Virus record (IMG/VR): IMGVR_UViG_3300022899_000001
Location: 1-64,000 of that record
From: a virus
Lineage: Duplodnaviria; Caudoviricetes
Length of the DNA stretch: 64,000 bases
Direction: 5' to 3' (one strand)
Position numbers and translations under genes: made by a program. Shown one piece after another: positions 62,863 to 64,000 of this stretch; position 1 is the stretch's first letter; each line of letters begins with the position of its first letter. A model generated the notes under the pieces. The model saw only the letters and a program-made list of their open reading frames with translations, was not told the origin of the DNA and searched no databases.

Positions 62863-63048
62863 ATGACCTCAGCCAAACGCCAGGAGCTTGAACGCCGCGT
62901 GGCGATCCTCGAATCACTCACAAAAAAGATTCGCGAGATCATCGCGCAACGGCAGGCTCAGGCGGGACCGCAACATGCCGATGACTCGCACACTGAGGCG
63001 ACGTGGCAGGGCAAAACGATTCATCGCAACAACGGGACTGGCGTATGA
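62863..63048 (+). CDS. Small coiled hypothetical protein
   Basis: Coupled chain of small ORFs. Confidence 0.5.
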   Translation: MTSAKRQELERRVAILESLTKKIREIIAQRQAQAGPQHADDSHTEATWQGKTIHRNNGTGV

Positions 63049-63194
63049 GCACACCCTACAACCTGCCAGATGGCGTTTTGATTCGTGATCTTGAAGATGA
63101 CTGGCACACCATTCCAGACTGGAACGAGCGGGAATACGAGAAAGAGTTGGAGAAAGAAGAACAGAAACTCGACATCGAAAGGAACGATTTATGA
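63045..63194 (+). CDS. Small acidic hypothetical protein
   Basis: MSTPYNLPDG start at 63045, ATGA-coupled. Confidence 0.5.
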   Translation: MSTPYNLPDGVLIRDLEDDWHTIPDWNEREYEKELEKEEQKLDIERNDL

Positions 63195-63394
63195 CTGTGA
63201 AGCCTGATATGAGCACGGCTGAATTCGTAAAACTTTCGAGACTCCAAGATGCCCACATGGAAGGGTATGAATCTGCCAGAGACGCTCGCTTGCCGTATAT
63301 CTCTAAGCGTTGGAGTTCACCAGACCTGAGAGATGCGTGGATCACTGGCTACGTCACTGAACTACGCAACCGCCTAGAAGCTCCAGACCGATGA
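63191..63394 (+). CDS. Small hypothetical protein
   Basis: EGY......PY.......AW..GY pattern; coupled. Confidence 0.55.
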   Translation: MTVKPDMSTAEFVKLSRLQDAHMEGYESARDARLPYISKRWSSPDLRDAWITGYVTELRNRLEAPDR

Positions 63395-63768
63395 AGCCTC
63401 AAATTTACGTCGGCACGTACCGACTCTGCTCCAGCAACGTTGATCTCTACGCTTTGACGCACGAGAACAACGGCTACTTTTATGGAGCGCCGGATGACAA
63501 TTCTTTGCCTCGAATCAAAGTCGGCATCTCGTCCATACATTGGGATCAAGTCGTCAACATACTCTTGCACGAATCCTTCGAGATGGCGCTGGACAACATC
63601 CGGGTTCGTTACGAGAAAAGCGGGTCATGCGGCGACATGGCGAGCTATCTTTTTTGCTTCGATCACTGCCAATTTGTAGAAGCCTGCGAGTCGGTATCGC
63701 GGTTCATCACGCCGGCGCTGCCGGAACTCGCGTCGGTTTACAAAAAGGCGCACCGAAAGAGAAAGTGA
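63391..63768 (+). CDS. Zincin-like small protein (HExxE variant)
   Basis: GYFY...IKVG...NILLHESFE. Confidence 0.5.
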   Translation: MKPQIYVGTYRLCSSNVDLYALTHENNGYFYGAPDDNSLPRIKVGISSIHWDQVVNILLHESFEMALDNIRVRYEKSGSCGDMASYLFCFDHCQFVEACESVSRFITPALPELASVYKKAHRKRK

Positions 63769-63775
63769 CCAACGT

Positions 63776-63961
63776 ATGAAACAATCCGAAGCAGTCCGAC
63801 AGGCGTTCATTGATGAAGCAACCAGACTCAATCCACCGCAACCCAACATTCACGACGACGCTCTCGACAAGTGCGCCCGCATCGCCGCGTGGTGCTATGG
63901 CACGATCATCGCCGTGTTCCTGGCCTTGGGCGTCAGGATTGTGTGTAGGATGTTTTTATGA
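63776..63961 (+). CDS. Small protein with C-terminal TM segment
   Basis: Hydrophobic C-terminus; followed by a truncated ORF (MSDKELRELDAWIA...) at 63958. Confidence 0.5.
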   Translation: MKQSEAVRQAFIDEATRLNPPQPNIHDDALDKCARIAAWCYGTIIAVFLALGVRIVCRMFL

Positions 63962-64000
63962 GCGACAAAGAACTGCGCGAACTGGACGCTTGGATTGCCG

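Larger units (their letters stand above)
1..64000. mobile_element. Tailed bacteriophage genome segment, podovirus-like (phage or prophage; no host flank visible)
   Basis: TerL, portal/scaffold/capsid block, gp10-like tail protein, giant internal virion protein, DUF1376 initiator plus DnaC-like loader, VRR-NUC, dense small overlapping ORFs; no housekeeping genes, rRNA or tRNA recognised. Confidence 0.95.

Noticed and set aside
1-64000. tRNA, rRNA, diversity-generating retroelement or retron
   Set aside because: No cloverleaf, rRNA-like sequence, reverse transcriptase or adenine-specific TR/VR pair seen; the fibre duplication differs mainly at synonymous positions of all bases.

Overview
The whole window is tailed-phage DNA with a podovirus-like gene set (portal, scaffold, capsid, adaptor, P22 gp10-like tail protein, large internal virion proteins, no tape measure or sheath seen). 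Domain style suggests a Verrucomicrobiota-type host (inference). Layout: lysis/membrane genes, exported fibre/spike proteins and head genes on the minus strand (1.1-27.3 kb); TerL and tail genes on the plus strand (27.4-34.3 kb); a minus-strand accessory operon of glycosyltransferases, sugar and DNA methyltransferases and small genes (34.3-46.8 kb); internal virion proteins, replication genes and small genes on the plus strand (47-64 kb). Main finding: 40.7-46.7 kb is an integron-like cassette system inside the phage. It has ten complete attC-type hairpins with the two extrahelical bases, two attI-like sites and a decayed IntI-like integrase invaded by an HNH-AP2 endonuclease. In ten cassettes the R'' box matches the cassette's own 5' R' sequence over 8-12 bp. 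All cargo genes, including three DNA methyltransferases, lie antisense to the attC sites, are translated through the attC arms in a conserved frame and are translationally coupled inside the attC loops. Also notable: a secreted lysyl oxidase with intact Cu/LTQ residues among virion genes, signal peptides on the tail-fibre-like proteins, a membrane-anchored response-regulator receiver in the lysis block, an internally deleted dual-frame (M.EcoHK31I-type) C5 methylase, and a probable ATT start codon. All family calls are from motif recognition by eye; no database searches were run.
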